Below, in pieces: positions 15,677 through 25,449 of a stretch of DNA of 32,000 nt. A program made the position numbers and the translations under genes. How positions within the stretch are numbered: position 1 is the first letter of the stretch; each line of letters starts with the position of its first letter. The notes under the pieces are model-generated. The model saw nothing but the letters and a program-made list of their open reading frames with translations. It had not been told where the DNA came from and searched no databases. The DNA is from Candidatus Baldrarchaeota archaeon. GTDB lineage: Archaea > Asgardarchaeota > Baldrarchaeia > Baldrarchaeales > DXJG01. Location: assembly GCA_019056805.1 (NCBI GenBank), contig DXJG01000004.1, forward strand, positions 1 to 32,000, read 5' to 3'.

Positions 15677-17611
15677 TTAAGTCAAAAGCTTTCTTTTTTC
15701 TAATTCATTTGCTACATCTGACAATTCTAGTTTTTCCAAAGACTCCCTTGTAAATAAACCTGTTTTTTTGTCCCATCCCCTTAATTCGTAGTATTCGTCA
15801 AGCATGATATCGAGGGGACATGTGTGTCCTTTTGCTGGGCCTTCTGGCATTGGTTCTTTGAGGAATCTTTCTGGTAATGTATCATCCTTTCTATTTAGTC
15901 CCTCTCTAACATTGAATGCTTTTCTTAAAGTAGATATTCTAGCACCAACCTTCTTAACATATTCAATATCGCTATATTCTTTAATTCCTGTGAGTGCTGG
16001 AATTATTTTGGCAAAGTCGTCCCAATAATAGATGGGAGGCCACATGGTACCGTACTTACAAATTATTAGAGAATCTACAATTGCATATAAATCCTCTAGG
16101 TCTAAGACGACCATTGCTTTATATTTTGGTGACCTAAGATTCATAATCTCTTCAGCTTTATCACTACCATATCTTTCCGCAGCAACATCAGGATAGCCTA
16201 ACTCTTCGTAGCAAGACAAGCTTCTAAGGTGATCTGCTCCTCTAACATTAACAGCGTAGGTTAATCCAACACTGTACTGTCCTCTTGGATCCTGACCGGA
16301 ACATTCTAGACCTTTAACATGAAGAGCATATTTCTCTGCCCCTTTTCCAATTTTCTCGGCAGCACGTTTTACTCCCTCAGCAAGTAGGTTGCCAAATCCT
16401 TCACGTTTTGCAATCTTGTGAATTAATTGAATTTCAGATTCAGCATTACCCCATGTTAAATCTAAACCATCAGTGTCTTCCTTAGTTATAATTTCATGTT
16501 CATAGCATTCCATAGCGAAAGATATGACTTTACCAGTAGAAATAGTGTCCAAACCATACTCGTTACAGAGCATATTGGCATGTAAAACAGCTTCAATATC
16601 TGAGACCATACAATTAGAACCTAAAGCAAAGATACTTTCATATTCTGGGCCTCCAGAAAGCGTACCCTTATAAGGTCCACTAGGAACATGTGATATAAAC
16701 TTACATTGAATTCCACATGAGAAACATGATTCACGACTTGTACGATACTTCTTTCTTATAGTTTCACCACTAATTTTATCAGCATCTTTAAAGGTACCCG
16801 TCCAATGATTTTTAGTTGGAAGTCTACCAATTTCATTCTCCAATTCTACAAGACTTGGAGTACCGGTCTTTCCAAGACTTTCTTGAGCCATTAATCCAAG
16901 TTTACTTTTAGTTTCCCTTTCCAAACCATCAACTGCCAATTCAAAAAACTTATCTGGATCAGCAACAGTAATACTCCTCGTTCCTCTTACGGTTATGGCT
17001 TTGAGGTTTTTTGATCCCATTACTGCGCCCATACCAGTTCTACCAGCAGCACGATAAAAATCAACAATAACACAAGCAAATCGAACCTTGTTTTCCCCTG
17101 CAGGACCTATACATGCCACTTTAATACTATCGTCCCCTAATTCCTCTTGAATGCTTTTAGTAGTTTCTCTAGTAGTTTTACCCCAAAGATGAGAAGCATC
17201 TCTCAGCTCTACATAATCATCATCAATGTAGAGATAAACTGGTTTCTCAGCCTTTCCCTCAAAAACTATCATATCATAGCCTGCATATTTAATTTCAGGG
17301 CCGAAATGACCACCACAATGAGCTTCTCCCCAAATTCCCGTGAGAGGGGATTTCGCTGCAACCATAAATCTTCCTGAAGGCGGAAAGAACGTACCGGTAA
17401 TCGGCCCTGTAGCAAAAACCAAAACATTATCTGAACCTAGAGGGTCAATTCCGGGTTTAACTCTATCCCATAGTATTTTTGCAGCAAAGCCCGTTCCACC
17501 TAAATAGGCCTTTGCAAGTTCTTTCGGAAGAATTTTCTTAACGATTTTTCCTGTAGTTAAGTTAACTTCGAGGTACTGACCTGCATATCCTTTATACGGA
17601 AACTCGCTCAT
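15677..17611 (-). CDS. aor: Aldehyde:ferredoxin oxidoreductase family tungstoenzyme (paralog 1)
   Basis: KSPLTG, CIGPAGEN, AAGRTGMGAVMGSKNLKAI, CFSCGIQC, GPEYE, YGLDTIS, RGADH, DDTLPERF. Confidence 0.95.
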   Translation of the reverse strand: MSEFPYKGYAGQYLEVNLTTGKIVKKILPKELAKAYLGGTGFAAKILWDRVKPGIDPLGSDNVLVFATGPITGTFFPPSGRFMVAAKSPLTGIWGEAHCGGHFGPEIKYAGYDMIVFEGKAEKPVYLYIDDDYVELRDASHLWGKTTRETTKSIQEELGDDSIKVACIGPAGENKVRFACVIVDFYRAAGRTGMGAVMGSKNLKAITVRGTRSITVADPDKFFELAVDGLERETKSKLGLMAQESLGKTGTPSLVELENEIGRLPTKNHWTGTFKDADKISGETIRKKYRTSRESCFSCGIQCKFISHVPSGPYKGTLSGGPEYESIFALGSNCMVSDIEAVLHANMLCNEYGLDTISTGKVISFAMECYEHEIITKEDTDGLDLTWGNAESEIQLIHKIAKREGFGNLLAEGVKRAAEKIGKGAEKYALHVKGLECSGQDPRGQYSVGLTYAVNVRGADHLRSLSCYEELGYPDVAAERYGSDKAEEIMNLRSPKYKAMVVLDLEDLYAIVDSLIICKYGTMWPPIYYWDDFAKIIPALTGIKEYSDIEYVKKVGARISTLRKAFNVREGLNRKDDTLPERFLKEPMPEGPAKGHTCPLDIMLDEYYELRGWDKKTGLFTRESLEKLELSDVANELEKRKLLT

Positions 17612-18126
17612 GTTCGTCCACTCCCTAAAATTAATTTGCTTAATTCAACAATTTTCTCAGTACTTTTCTTCTTTCGCAAAATAGCTGTCATATCCACGGG
17701 CAAAAATCTAATTGCTTCTTGTGGACAATACTTTGCACATTGAGGATCTCCGTCACAAAGATCACATCTAATAACGTTTAAAGTAATTGGATCAATGCTA
17801 GTACCGCCAAAAGGACAAGCAACCATACATAATCGGCATCCAATACACTTATCATAATCAATTAGCATTGCTCTTGTCTTTTCATCACGAGAAATAGCAC
17901 CAGTTGGACAAGATGCCTCACAAAGAGGTACCTCACACTGCTGACAGGTGAGGGGAATGTTTATGCCTAACTCGTAGTTTCTTAAAACAGTTATTCTAGA
18001 TCTCTTCGGATTAAATTCTTTATAATGGTACCAAGAGCATACAAGTTCACAGATACGGCACCCAGTGCAGCTTTCAGGTTCTATAACAAGGATCTTCGGT
18101 ACTGGCAAAATAATACCCCCGTCCAA
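17608..18126 (-). CDS. 4Fe-4S dicluster (DmsB-like) electron-transfer subunit
   Basis: Four Cys clusters (CTGCRICELVC, CQQCEVPLC, CIGCRLCMVACP, CDLCDGDPQC); overlaps the start of aor paralog 1. Confidence 0.93.
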   Translation of the reverse strand: MDGGIILPVPKILVIEPESCTGCRICELVCSWYHYKEFNPKRSRITVLRNYELGINIPLTCQQCEVPLCEASCPTGAISRDEKTRAMLIDYDKCIGCRLCMVACPFGGTSIDPITLNVIRCDLCDGDPQCAKYCPQEAIRFLPVDMTAILRKKKSTEKIVELSKLILGSGRT

Positions 18127-18213
18127 TGTTACTATATTTTAAATTAAGAAACTTTAATCTTTAATAACAATACTGCTTTAATATTTTGTGTTAAAGTATT
18201 GTGAGGCATACTT

Positions 18214-19584
18214 ATGAGCGGTCTGATAATAAAGAATGGAATAGTAGTAACAATGGACAGAGATCGAAGAATAATAGAAAATGGTGCTGTAGTAGTAGAA
18301 AATGGTAAAATCGTCGATGTAGATAAAACAGAAAGGATAATGGAAAAATATAAGGCTGAAGAAGTGATAGATGCAAAAGGTAAAGTTGTATTACCAGGAT
18401 TCATTTGCTCTCATACTCATCTTTATGGAACTGTGCTTAGGGGTGCAACATTAAATATCCAACCTCCAACAGATTTTACACAAAATCTTCAACGTATTTG
18501 GTGGCCTGTAGATGAAGCTTTAACCCTTGAAGACGCTTATGCAAGTGCACTTGCAGCATGCTTAGATTTTCTACGTACAGGTACCACTCTTTTCGCCGAT
18601 ACTTATAGTGGGCCAAACTCCATTGAAAACAGCTTAGATTATATTGAAAAAGCAGTAAGGGAAGTTGGTATCCGTGGTATATTAGCTTTTGAAGCAACTG
18701 AAAGACATAGTGAGGAGGAAGGAGAGAGAGGGTTAAAGGAGAATATCCGTTTTATAGAGAAGGTGCAGAGAGATAAAGAGAAAATAGTTATGGGTATGAT
18801 AAGTTTACATGCATCTTTCACTGTTTCAAACGAATTAATGATGAAAGGTAAGGAGACAGCAGATAAATATCATGTTCCTATAACTATTCATACAAGTGAA
18901 GGACTTGGCGATGTATATCATAATCTTGAAAGATATGGGAAGAGAACTATTGAAAGATTGTATGATATAGGGTTTCTAGATAAAAACGTGGTTTTGGCTC
19001 ATTGTGTTAATCTTATTGATGATGAATTGAAGCTTCTGAAGGAAAAAGATGCTAAAGTTGTCCATAACCCAATGAGCAATATGCTTAACGCTGTAGGTGT
19101 TGCCCCAATAGTTAAAATGTTGGAAATGGGAATAAAAATAGGACTTGGAAACGATGGCTATATTTTTGATGTTTTTGAGAATATGAGATCTGCTTTTCTC
19201 TTGCATAAGGTTCATCATAAGGATCCAAGAGTTATTTCTCCAATGGAAGTTTTAGAAATGGCGACAATAAGAGGAGCAGAACTCTACGGCTTAGAAAAAG
19301 AGCTAGGATCATTAGAGGCTGGAAAATATGCAGATATCATAATTGTAGATACAAGAAGAGCTCCAACACCTATTAATGCAAGTAGTGTTATCGGTCATTT
19401 AATTAATACTTTTAGCGGCTTAGATGTTGAAACGGTAATTGTTAATGGGAAGATTTTGATGGAAAACCGTGAAATAAAAGTTTTAGATGAAGAAAAAGCA
19501 AACGAAAAAATAAGAAAGCAAATGGAAAAGTTATGGGATAAAATTAGGGAAATAAAACCACAGATAGACGTTAAATCCCTGTGA
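18214..19584 (+). CDS. Metal-dependent amidohydrolase/deaminase (SsnA or MTA/SAH deaminase-like)
   Basis: PGFICSHTH, HTSEG (HxxE), AHCV, GLGNDG, GSLEAGKYADII. Confidence 0.9.
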   Translation: MSGLIIKNGIVVTMDRDRRIIENGAVVVENGKIVDVDKTERIMEKYKAEEVIDAKGKVVLPGFICSHTHLYGTVLRGATLNIQPPTDFTQNLQRIWWPVDEALTLEDAYASALAACLDFLRTGTTLFADTYSGPNSIENSLDYIEKAVREVGIRGILAFEATERHSEEEGERGLKENIRFIEKVQRDKEKIVMGMISLHASFTVSNELMMKGKETADKYHVPITIHTSEGLGDVYHNLERYGKRTIERLYDIGFLDKNVVLAHCVNLIDDELKLLKEKDAKVVHNPMSNMLNAVGVAPIVKMLEMGIKIGLGNDGYIFDVFENMRSAFLLHKVHHKDPRVISPMEVLEMATIRGAELYGLEKELGSLEAGKYADIIIVDTRRAPTPINASSVIGHLINTFSGLDVETVIVNGKILMENREIKVLDEEKANEKIRKQMEKLWDKIREIKPQIDVKSL

Positions 19585-19585
19585 G

Positions 19586-20947
19586 ATGAAAATAATGGAA
19601 GAATATGACATTGTAATCAAAAATGCGACTCTTGTAACAATGGATGAAAAGAATAGAGTAATTAAAGATGGAGCTATAGCAATAAACAAAGATAGAATAT
19701 CTTTTGTGGGTAAAACCTCTGAATTGAAACAGAGAGGAGAAATAGAGATAGATGGAACACGAAAAATAGTGATCCCAGGTCTAATAAATTCCCATACCCA
19801 TATGTTTCAAACCTTAATGAGGGGAGTTGCTGACGATCTACCTCTTTTAAAATGGTTAAAAGAAGTAATTATGCCATTAAGCCTAAATCTTAAAAGAGAA
19901 CACGCTTATGCTGGAGCTCTTTTAGGATGCATAGAAAATTTGAAAACAGGGTCTACAACCATCATAGATAATCATTACATTCATTTTGACCCTAAAAATA
20001 CAGAATATGTAATTAAAGCGATTGAAGAAACAGGAATACGTGGAATGGTTGCAAGAGGATACTATATTAGACTTGCCAGACCAGAATTTAACGAAGACCT
20101 CGACAAGGCTTTAAAAGATGTTGAAAACTTGATGAGGAAGTGGAATGGTAAGGAAAACGGTAGGATAATGATATGTCCAGCTCCTATGACAGTTTGGAGT
20201 CAAACAGAAGAAAGTTTAAAGAAAACAGTTGAATTAGCTAAAAAATACGATGTACCAATACATATTCACACAGCTGAGACAAAAGCTGAAGTTGAATTAG
20301 TTAAAAAACATGAAGGAAAGACAAGTGTAGAGTGGCTTTATAGCATAGGAGTGTTAAACGAGAGATTTCATCTTGTACATGCTATTTGGCTTACTGATAA
20401 AGAAGTGAAAATGGTGGCAAAATCAGGTGCACACGTAGTTCATAATCCCATCAGCAACATGATAATTGGCTCTGGGGTTGCAAAAATACCAATGATGATC
20501 AAAGAAGGTGTTAACATAGGATTAGGTTCTGATGGCCCTGCTAGTAACAATAATGAGGATATGATTGAAGTTCTTAAGTTTGCATCGCTTCTCCACAAAG
20601 TTCATCATGTTAACCCTGCTATAATTACTGCAGATCAAGTGTTCAAAATGGCAACACTTAATGGTGCAAAACTGCTACGAATGGAAGATAAGCTGGGAAG
20701 CCTTGAAATAGGGAAGAAAGCAGATGTAACTGTAATCGATATTAATAAATCTCATATCGCTCCAGTTCACAATCCAATAAGTGCAATAGTTTATTGCGCC
20801 TATGGAACTGACGTTGATACGGTTATTGTTGATGGTAAAATAGTGGTGCGAAACGGAGAATTAATAACAATTAACGAGCAAGAAGTATTAGAAAAAGCTT
20901 GGAAAGCAGCATATGATCTCGTAGAAAAAACGGGTGTGAAAAGTTAA
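19586..20947 (+). CDS. Metal-dependent amidohydrolase/deaminase (MTA/SAH or 8-oxoguanine deaminase-like)
   Basis: PGLINSHTH, HIHTAET, VHAIW, GLGSDG, GSLEIGKKADV. Confidence 0.9.
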   Translation: MKIMEEYDIVIKNATLVTMDEKNRVIKDGAIAINKDRISFVGKTSELKQRGEIEIDGTRKIVIPGLINSHTHMFQTLMRGVADDLPLLKWLKEVIMPLSLNLKREHAYAGALLGCIENLKTGSTTIIDNHYIHFDPKNTEYVIKAIEETGIRGMVARGYYIRLARPEFNEDLDKALKDVENLMRKWNGKENGRIMICPAPMTVWSQTEESLKKTVELAKKYDVPIHIHTAETKAEVELVKKHEGKTSVEWLYSIGVLNERFHLVHAIWLTDKEVKMVAKSGAHVVHNPISNMIIGSGVAKIPMMIKEGVNIGLGSDGPASNNNEDMIEVLKFASLLHKVHHVNPAIITADQVFKMATLNGAKLLRMEDKLGSLEIGKKADVTVIDINKSHIAPVHNPISAIVYCAYGTDVDTVIVDGKIVVRNGELITINEQEVLEKAWKAAYDLVEKTGVKS

Positions 20948-20997
20948 CATTATCTAAATAATGATTTTATGTAAAATCGTATTTGAGTTGAGTTAAA

Positions 20998-22185
20998 ATG
21001 GTGGATATTTCGGTTGAAATTGCTGGTATAAAATTTCGCAATCCTGTATTAACCGCTGCAGGTCCTCCATCAAGAAATGGTCAAGTTCTTGTTGAAGCAG
21101 CTAGAGGTGGAGCTGGAGGCTTAGTAGCTAAAACAATAAGCGTGGAAGCAGCAAAGGTTCCCAGACCAAATATGGCTCTTATAGATAGAGGGGAACTCTT
21201 ATCTTTCATGCTTTTAACTTTACATTCTAGACTTGTATCAGTTTCACGTAGCATGGTTAAAATTCCACGTGGAATGCTCAACACAGAGCTCTGGAGCGAC
21301 ATACCTTACCAGCAATGGTTGGAAAAGGAGTATAAAATTGCTAAAGGCGCCGGGCTACCAGTAATTGCAAGTGTTGGATATACGGCTGATGAGTTAAGAA
21401 AACTCGGCCCAGAGGTGGAGAAAGCTGGTGTTGATGGGATTGAATTTTCTACACATTATATAGAATATGATCCTAAACCTCTTGTTGAAGTTGCAAAAGC
21501 TTTGCGAGAAAGTGTAGAGATACCTATTTTTGTTAAGTTAAGTCCTCATGTAGTTAATATTGAAATGTTTGCTAAAGCTGTTGAAAAATATGTAGATGGT
21601 GTCGTTGCTATTAATTCGCTTGGACCATGCCTATACATTGATGTTGAGACAGGTAAGCCATTACTTGGAGGTAAAAATGGATATGGGTGGCTAAGTGGAC
21701 CGGCTATTAAACCATTAGCAGTTAGATGTGTCGCTGATATAGCGAGAACAGTTAAAAAACCAGTTATTGGTGTAGGAGGAGTAATGTCTGGCAGAGATGC
21801 TATAGAGTTCTTTATGGTTGGAGCATCAGCCGTGCAAATATGTACAGGAGCTATATTAGAAGGACCGAAAATCTATGGTCAAGTTGCTAAAGAAATACAG
21901 GAATTTTTGAAAAATCATGGTTATGATAGCATTGAGGATATAAAGGGAATTGCATTAAAATATCTACCTGAAAAACCACTTAGAACTCATCCTAAACCTC
22001 CAAAACTCTACGAGGAACTTTGTAAAGGCTGTGGATTATGTGTAACCTCTTGCGTTTATGGAGCATTAAAACTAGTTGAAGATGCTAAAAGTGGTAAGCT
22101 AATTGTTTCAATAGATGAAAAGAAATGTGATGGCTGTGGATTATGTACATCAATTTGCCCTACTCGTGCTCTTAAATTTGAATAG
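20998..22185 (+). CDS. FMN-dependent dihydropyrimidine/dihydroorotate dehydrogenase-like protein (PreA-like) with C-terminal 2x[4Fe-4S]
   Basis: NPVLTAAGP, KTIS, NTELWSD, FVKLSP, AINS, GWLSGPAIKP, GVGGV, ASAVQIC; CKGCGLC and CDGCGLCTSICP at the C-terminus. Confidence 0.88.
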   Translation: MVDISVEIAGIKFRNPVLTAAGPPSRNGQVLVEAARGGAGGLVAKTISVEAAKVPRPNMALIDRGELLSFMLLTLHSRLVSVSRSMVKIPRGMLNTELWSDIPYQQWLEKEYKIAKGAGLPVIASVGYTADELRKLGPEVEKAGVDGIEFSTHYIEYDPKPLVEVAKALRESVEIPIFVKLSPHVVNIEMFAKAVEKYVDGVVAINSLGPCLYIDVETGKPLLGGKNGYGWLSGPAIKPLAVRCVADIARTVKKPVIGVGGVMSGRDAIEFFMVGASAVQICTGAILEGPKIYGQVAKEIQEFLKNHGYDSIEDIKGIALKYLPEKPLRTHPKPPKLYEELCKGCGLCVTSCVYGALKLVEDAKSGKLIVSIDEKKCDGCGLCTSICPTRALKFE

Positions 22186-22189
22186 GAAG

Positions 22190-22702
22190 GTGACTAAAAT
22201 ACAGAAAATATTAGTTGTTGACCCTGAAAAATGCACAGGATGCCGCTTATGTGAACTTGTTTGTTCAGCATTTCACGAAAAAGCTTTTTCACCCATCAAA
22301 AGCCGAATTCACATTATAAAATGGGATGAAAAAGCAGTAGATGTTCCAATGGTATGTCAACACTGTTCTAAACCGGTTTGCGTTGATATTTGTCCCACAA
22401 ACGCCCTATATAAGGATGCTAAAAATGGAATTGTAGTCGTAGATGAGACTCGATGCATAGGTTGCAAAGTTTGTGTTCTAAGCTGCCCCTTCGGAGCAAT
22501 TAGCTGGGACACTGAGCATGGTAAAATTTTAAAATGTGATCTTTGTGATGGAGAACCTCAATGTGTAAAAATTTGCAAGTTCGATGCTCTCAAATATGTT
22601 AAAGCTGATAAGGTAACATTGCTTAGGAAACGTGAAGGAGCTAAAAAACTTTCAGAGCTTGTGTCACTAATTGTTGGAGAGGGATTTTATGCCAGAGGTT
22701 AA
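22190..22702 (+). CDS. 4Fe-4S dicluster electron-transfer subunit
   Basis: CTGCRLCELVC, CQHC..PVC, CIGCKVCVLSCP, CDLCDGEPQC. Start placed at GTG 22190; the ORF track start at 22115 overlaps the upstream gene. Confidence 0.92.
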   Translation: MTKIQKILVVDPEKCTGCRLCELVCSAFHEKAFSPIKSRIHIIKWDEKAVDVPMVCQHCSKPVCVDICPTNALYKDAKNGIVVVDETRCIGCKVCVLSCPFGAISWDTEHGKILKCDLCDGEPQCVKICKFDALKYVKADKVTLLRKREGAKKLSELVSLIVGEGFYARG

Positions 22703-22970
22703 AGTAAGACTCTACGGAATTTTCAGAGATAAAGTAGGTAAAAACGAATTTTTAGTCAATAGTGAAAACCTTTTAGACATCATATTCCATGTTGCTAGTC
22801 TTATGGGGAAAGAAGGAGAAAAACTGTTACTTAATGAAGATAAAAGCGATATAAATCCTCTTGTTAAAATCGTTATTAATGGAGAGAAAATAGTAACAAG
22901 AAACACCGCAGAGGTATCTTTGAAGGAGGGGGATGTAATAGCTATATTTCCACCCGTAGGAGGAGGGTAA
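22689..22970 (+). CDS. MoaD/ThiS/SAMP ubiquitin-like sulfur carrier
   Basis: VKVRLYG at the N-terminus, LKEGDVIAIFPPVGGG at the C-terminus; start at ATG 22689. Confidence 0.93.
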   Translation: MPEVKVRLYGIFRDKVGKNEFLVNSENLLDIIFHVASLMGKEGEKLLLNEDKSDINPLVKIVINGEKIVTRNTAEVSLKEGDVIAIFPPVGGG

Positions 22971-22971
22971 C

Positions 22972-24882
22972 TTGTATAAAGGAGGATATAAAGGTAAAAT
23001 TCTCAGAGTAAATCTTTCAAAAAACGAAATTAAAATTGAACCCCTGTCTAAAGAGCTTGTACGAAATTATATCGGCGGCTCAGGATTCGCTGCCAAAATA
23101 CTATATGATGAAGTAGGACCTGAAATCGATCCACTAAGCCCAGATAACGAATTAATTTTGGCAACAGGTCCTTTAACAGGAACCTTATGGCCAACTACAG
23201 GACGTATCATGTTTGCATCTAAAAGTCCTCTTACAGAAATTGGGGGCGAAAGTCACGTAGGAGGATTTCTAGGTCCAGAACTAAAATTTGCAGGTTATGA
23301 CATGATAATAGTTAAAGGGAAAGCAAAATCTCCTGTTTATCTATACATAGAGGACGATATCGTAGAGTTAAGGGACGCTAAGCATCTATGGGGTAGCGAT
23401 ACTCATGAAACTACTAAAATAATTCAAGAAGAAAATGGAGATCCTGAAATTCAAGTAGCCGCCATAGGCCCAGCAGGAGAAAATCTAGTTCTCTACGCTT
23501 GCATTATAATTAATCTTGCTCGTGCTGCTGGTAGAACTGGTATGGGCGCAGTAATGGGATCAAAAAACCTCAAAGCCATAGCCGTAAGAGGAACAGGTAC
23601 CGTTGAGGTTGCAGATTTCGAAAAATTCATGGAACTCGCTGAAGAGGCCCATGAAAGAATAGATAAAAATCCCCAAGCAAGAGAAATGACAAAATACGGA
23701 ACACCACTTCTTGTAGCATATAAACAAGAGATTGGAGAACTACCAACCAGAAATCACCAAACAGGCGTATTTAATGAATGGGAGAAACTCTCAGCAGAAA
23801 CCCTTAGAGAAAACTACTGGGTTAAAACCCGAGCCTGCTTTGGATGTAGCATAGCATGCAAGAAAGCCTTTAAAGTTACTGAAGGACCATATGCTGGAAC
23901 TTTTAGTGAAGGACCAGAATACGAAGGACTCTATGCTTTTGGAACCAATTGCGGAAACCCTGATTTCGGCTCTATTCTCAAAGCAAATCTCCTATGTAAC
24001 AAATATGGCATAGATATTATTTCAGCTGGAGCAACCATAGCTTTTATGATGGAACTCTATGAAAAGGGAATAATTAGTAGAGAGGATGTTGAAGGCTTAA
24101 ACTTCACCTGGGGAAATCATGAACTTATTGTTGAACTTCTTCCAAAAATTGCTCATAGAGAAGGCATAGGAAACTTACTGGCTGAAGGAACATATAGAAT
24201 AGCTAAAAAAATAGGAAAAAACGCCGAGAAATATGCAATTCAAGTTAAAAAGTTAGAGATGTCAGGACAAGATGGTAGAACTCATAGAAGCATAGCGCTT
24301 GGACATGCAACAGCCGCTAGAGGAGCAGATCACCTTAGAAGTTTAATAACAGTTGATCAATTAGGATATGAGGAAATAGCAAAACAAAGATTCGGAGAAG
24401 ATAAATTACCAGAAATATGTAATCCATATACTGAGAAGTATAAGGCTTACGCCACAAAAATTACAGAAGACGTTTACGCAATAAGAGATGCACTAATAGT
24501 TTGCTGGTATAGTTGTGCTTGGCCACCCATATTTTGGATAGAAGATTTCGCACAAATATTACCCATAGCTACAGGAATAAAAGAATTTGGAAGCATAGAG
24601 GAACTGTATAAGATCGGTGAGAGACAAGTAACCCTAAAAAGAGCCTTTAACGTCCGTGAAGGCATAAGAAGAAAAGACGATACATTACCAGAAAGATTCC
24701 TCAAAGAACCAATGCCAGAAGGCCCAGGAAGAGGACAAGTCGTTAATCTTGATGTTATGCTTGATGAATACTACGAGTTAAGAGGATGGAACAAAGAAAC
24801 AGGAATACCAACAAAAGAAAAACTTAAGGAACTCGGTCTTAACTTTGTTATTAACGACTTTGAAAAACGAGGAATTCTATAA
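22972..24882 (+). CDS. aor: Aldehyde:ferredoxin oxidoreductase family tungstoenzyme (paralog 2)
   Basis: Same AOR motifs: AAGRTGMG, CFGCSIAC, GPEYE, RGADH, DDTLPERF; TTG start. Confidence 0.95.
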   Translation: MYKGGYKGKILRVNLSKNEIKIEPLSKELVRNYIGGSGFAAKILYDEVGPEIDPLSPDNELILATGPLTGTLWPTTGRIMFASKSPLTEIGGESHVGGFLGPELKFAGYDMIIVKGKAKSPVYLYIEDDIVELRDAKHLWGSDTHETTKIIQEENGDPEIQVAAIGPAGENLVLYACIIINLARAAGRTGMGAVMGSKNLKAIAVRGTGTVEVADFEKFMELAEEAHERIDKNPQAREMTKYGTPLLVAYKQEIGELPTRNHQTGVFNEWEKLSAETLRENYWVKTRACFGCSIACKKAFKVTEGPYAGTFSEGPEYEGLYAFGTNCGNPDFGSILKANLLCNKYGIDIISAGATIAFMMELYEKGIISREDVEGLNFTWGNHELIVELLPKIAHREGIGNLLAEGTYRIAKKIGKNAEKYAIQVKKLEMSGQDGRTHRSIALGHATAARGADHLRSLITVDQLGYEEIAKQRFGEDKLPEICNPYTEKYKAYATKITEDVYAIRDALIVCWYSCAWPPIFWIEDFAQILPIATGIKEFGSIEELYKIGERQVTLKRAFNVREGIRRKDDTLPERFLKEPMPEGPGRGQVVNLDVMLDEYYELRGWNKETGIPTKEKLKELGLNFVINDFEKRGIL

Positions 24883-24939
24883 TAACTTCCAAATCTATCT
24901 GCTAAGCTATTATCTTTAATGTGAATGTAAATTGTAAGG

Positions 24940-25449
24940 GTGATGTTTTTGAAGTTTCTTTATATTGATCCCTTAGAGTGTACTGGCTGTAGAATCTGTG
25001 AAATGGTTTGTAGTTTTCATTGGGAAAAGGTTTTAAATCCTAGAAAATCTCGTTTGAGAGTTATGCGTGTTGAAGCTGGTCTCGATATGGTCATTGCATG
25101 TAGGAATTGTGCTAAGCCTAAATGTATGGAAGTTTGCCCTGAAAACGCTATAAGGAAAGTTGAATCTACTGGACTAGTTGTTGTGGATGAGAAAAAGTGC
25201 ACGGGTTGTACTGCTTGTATTGAAGCTTGTCCTTTTGGAGCAATCTATATGCATCCAGATAAAAATGTAGCAATTAAATGCGTTTTATGCGGTACATGTG
25301 TAAAATACTGTCCGGTTGGAACGCTTAGAATAATTAGTCCAGAGGAACTAGCTCAATATAACACAGCGAGATATATTAAAAAGATTAAAGCAACTTTCTT
25401 AGAGGATCTTAAGATACCTGAAGATGCGAAGAGAGAGGGGGACCCATAA
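24940..25449 (+). CDS. 4Fe-4S dicluster electron-transfer subunit
   Basis: CTGCRICEMVC, CRNC..PKC, CTGCTACIEACP, CVLCGTCVKYCP. Start is GTG 24940 or ATG 24943. Confidence 0.92.
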   Translation: MMFLKFLYIDPLECTGCRICEMVCSFHWEKVLNPRKSRLRVMRVEAGLDMVIACRNCAKPKCMEVCPENAIRKVESTGLVVVDEKKCTGCTACIEACPFGAIYMHPDKNVAIKCVLCGTCVKYCPVGTLRIISPEELAQYNTARYIKKIKATFLEDLKIPEDAKREGDP

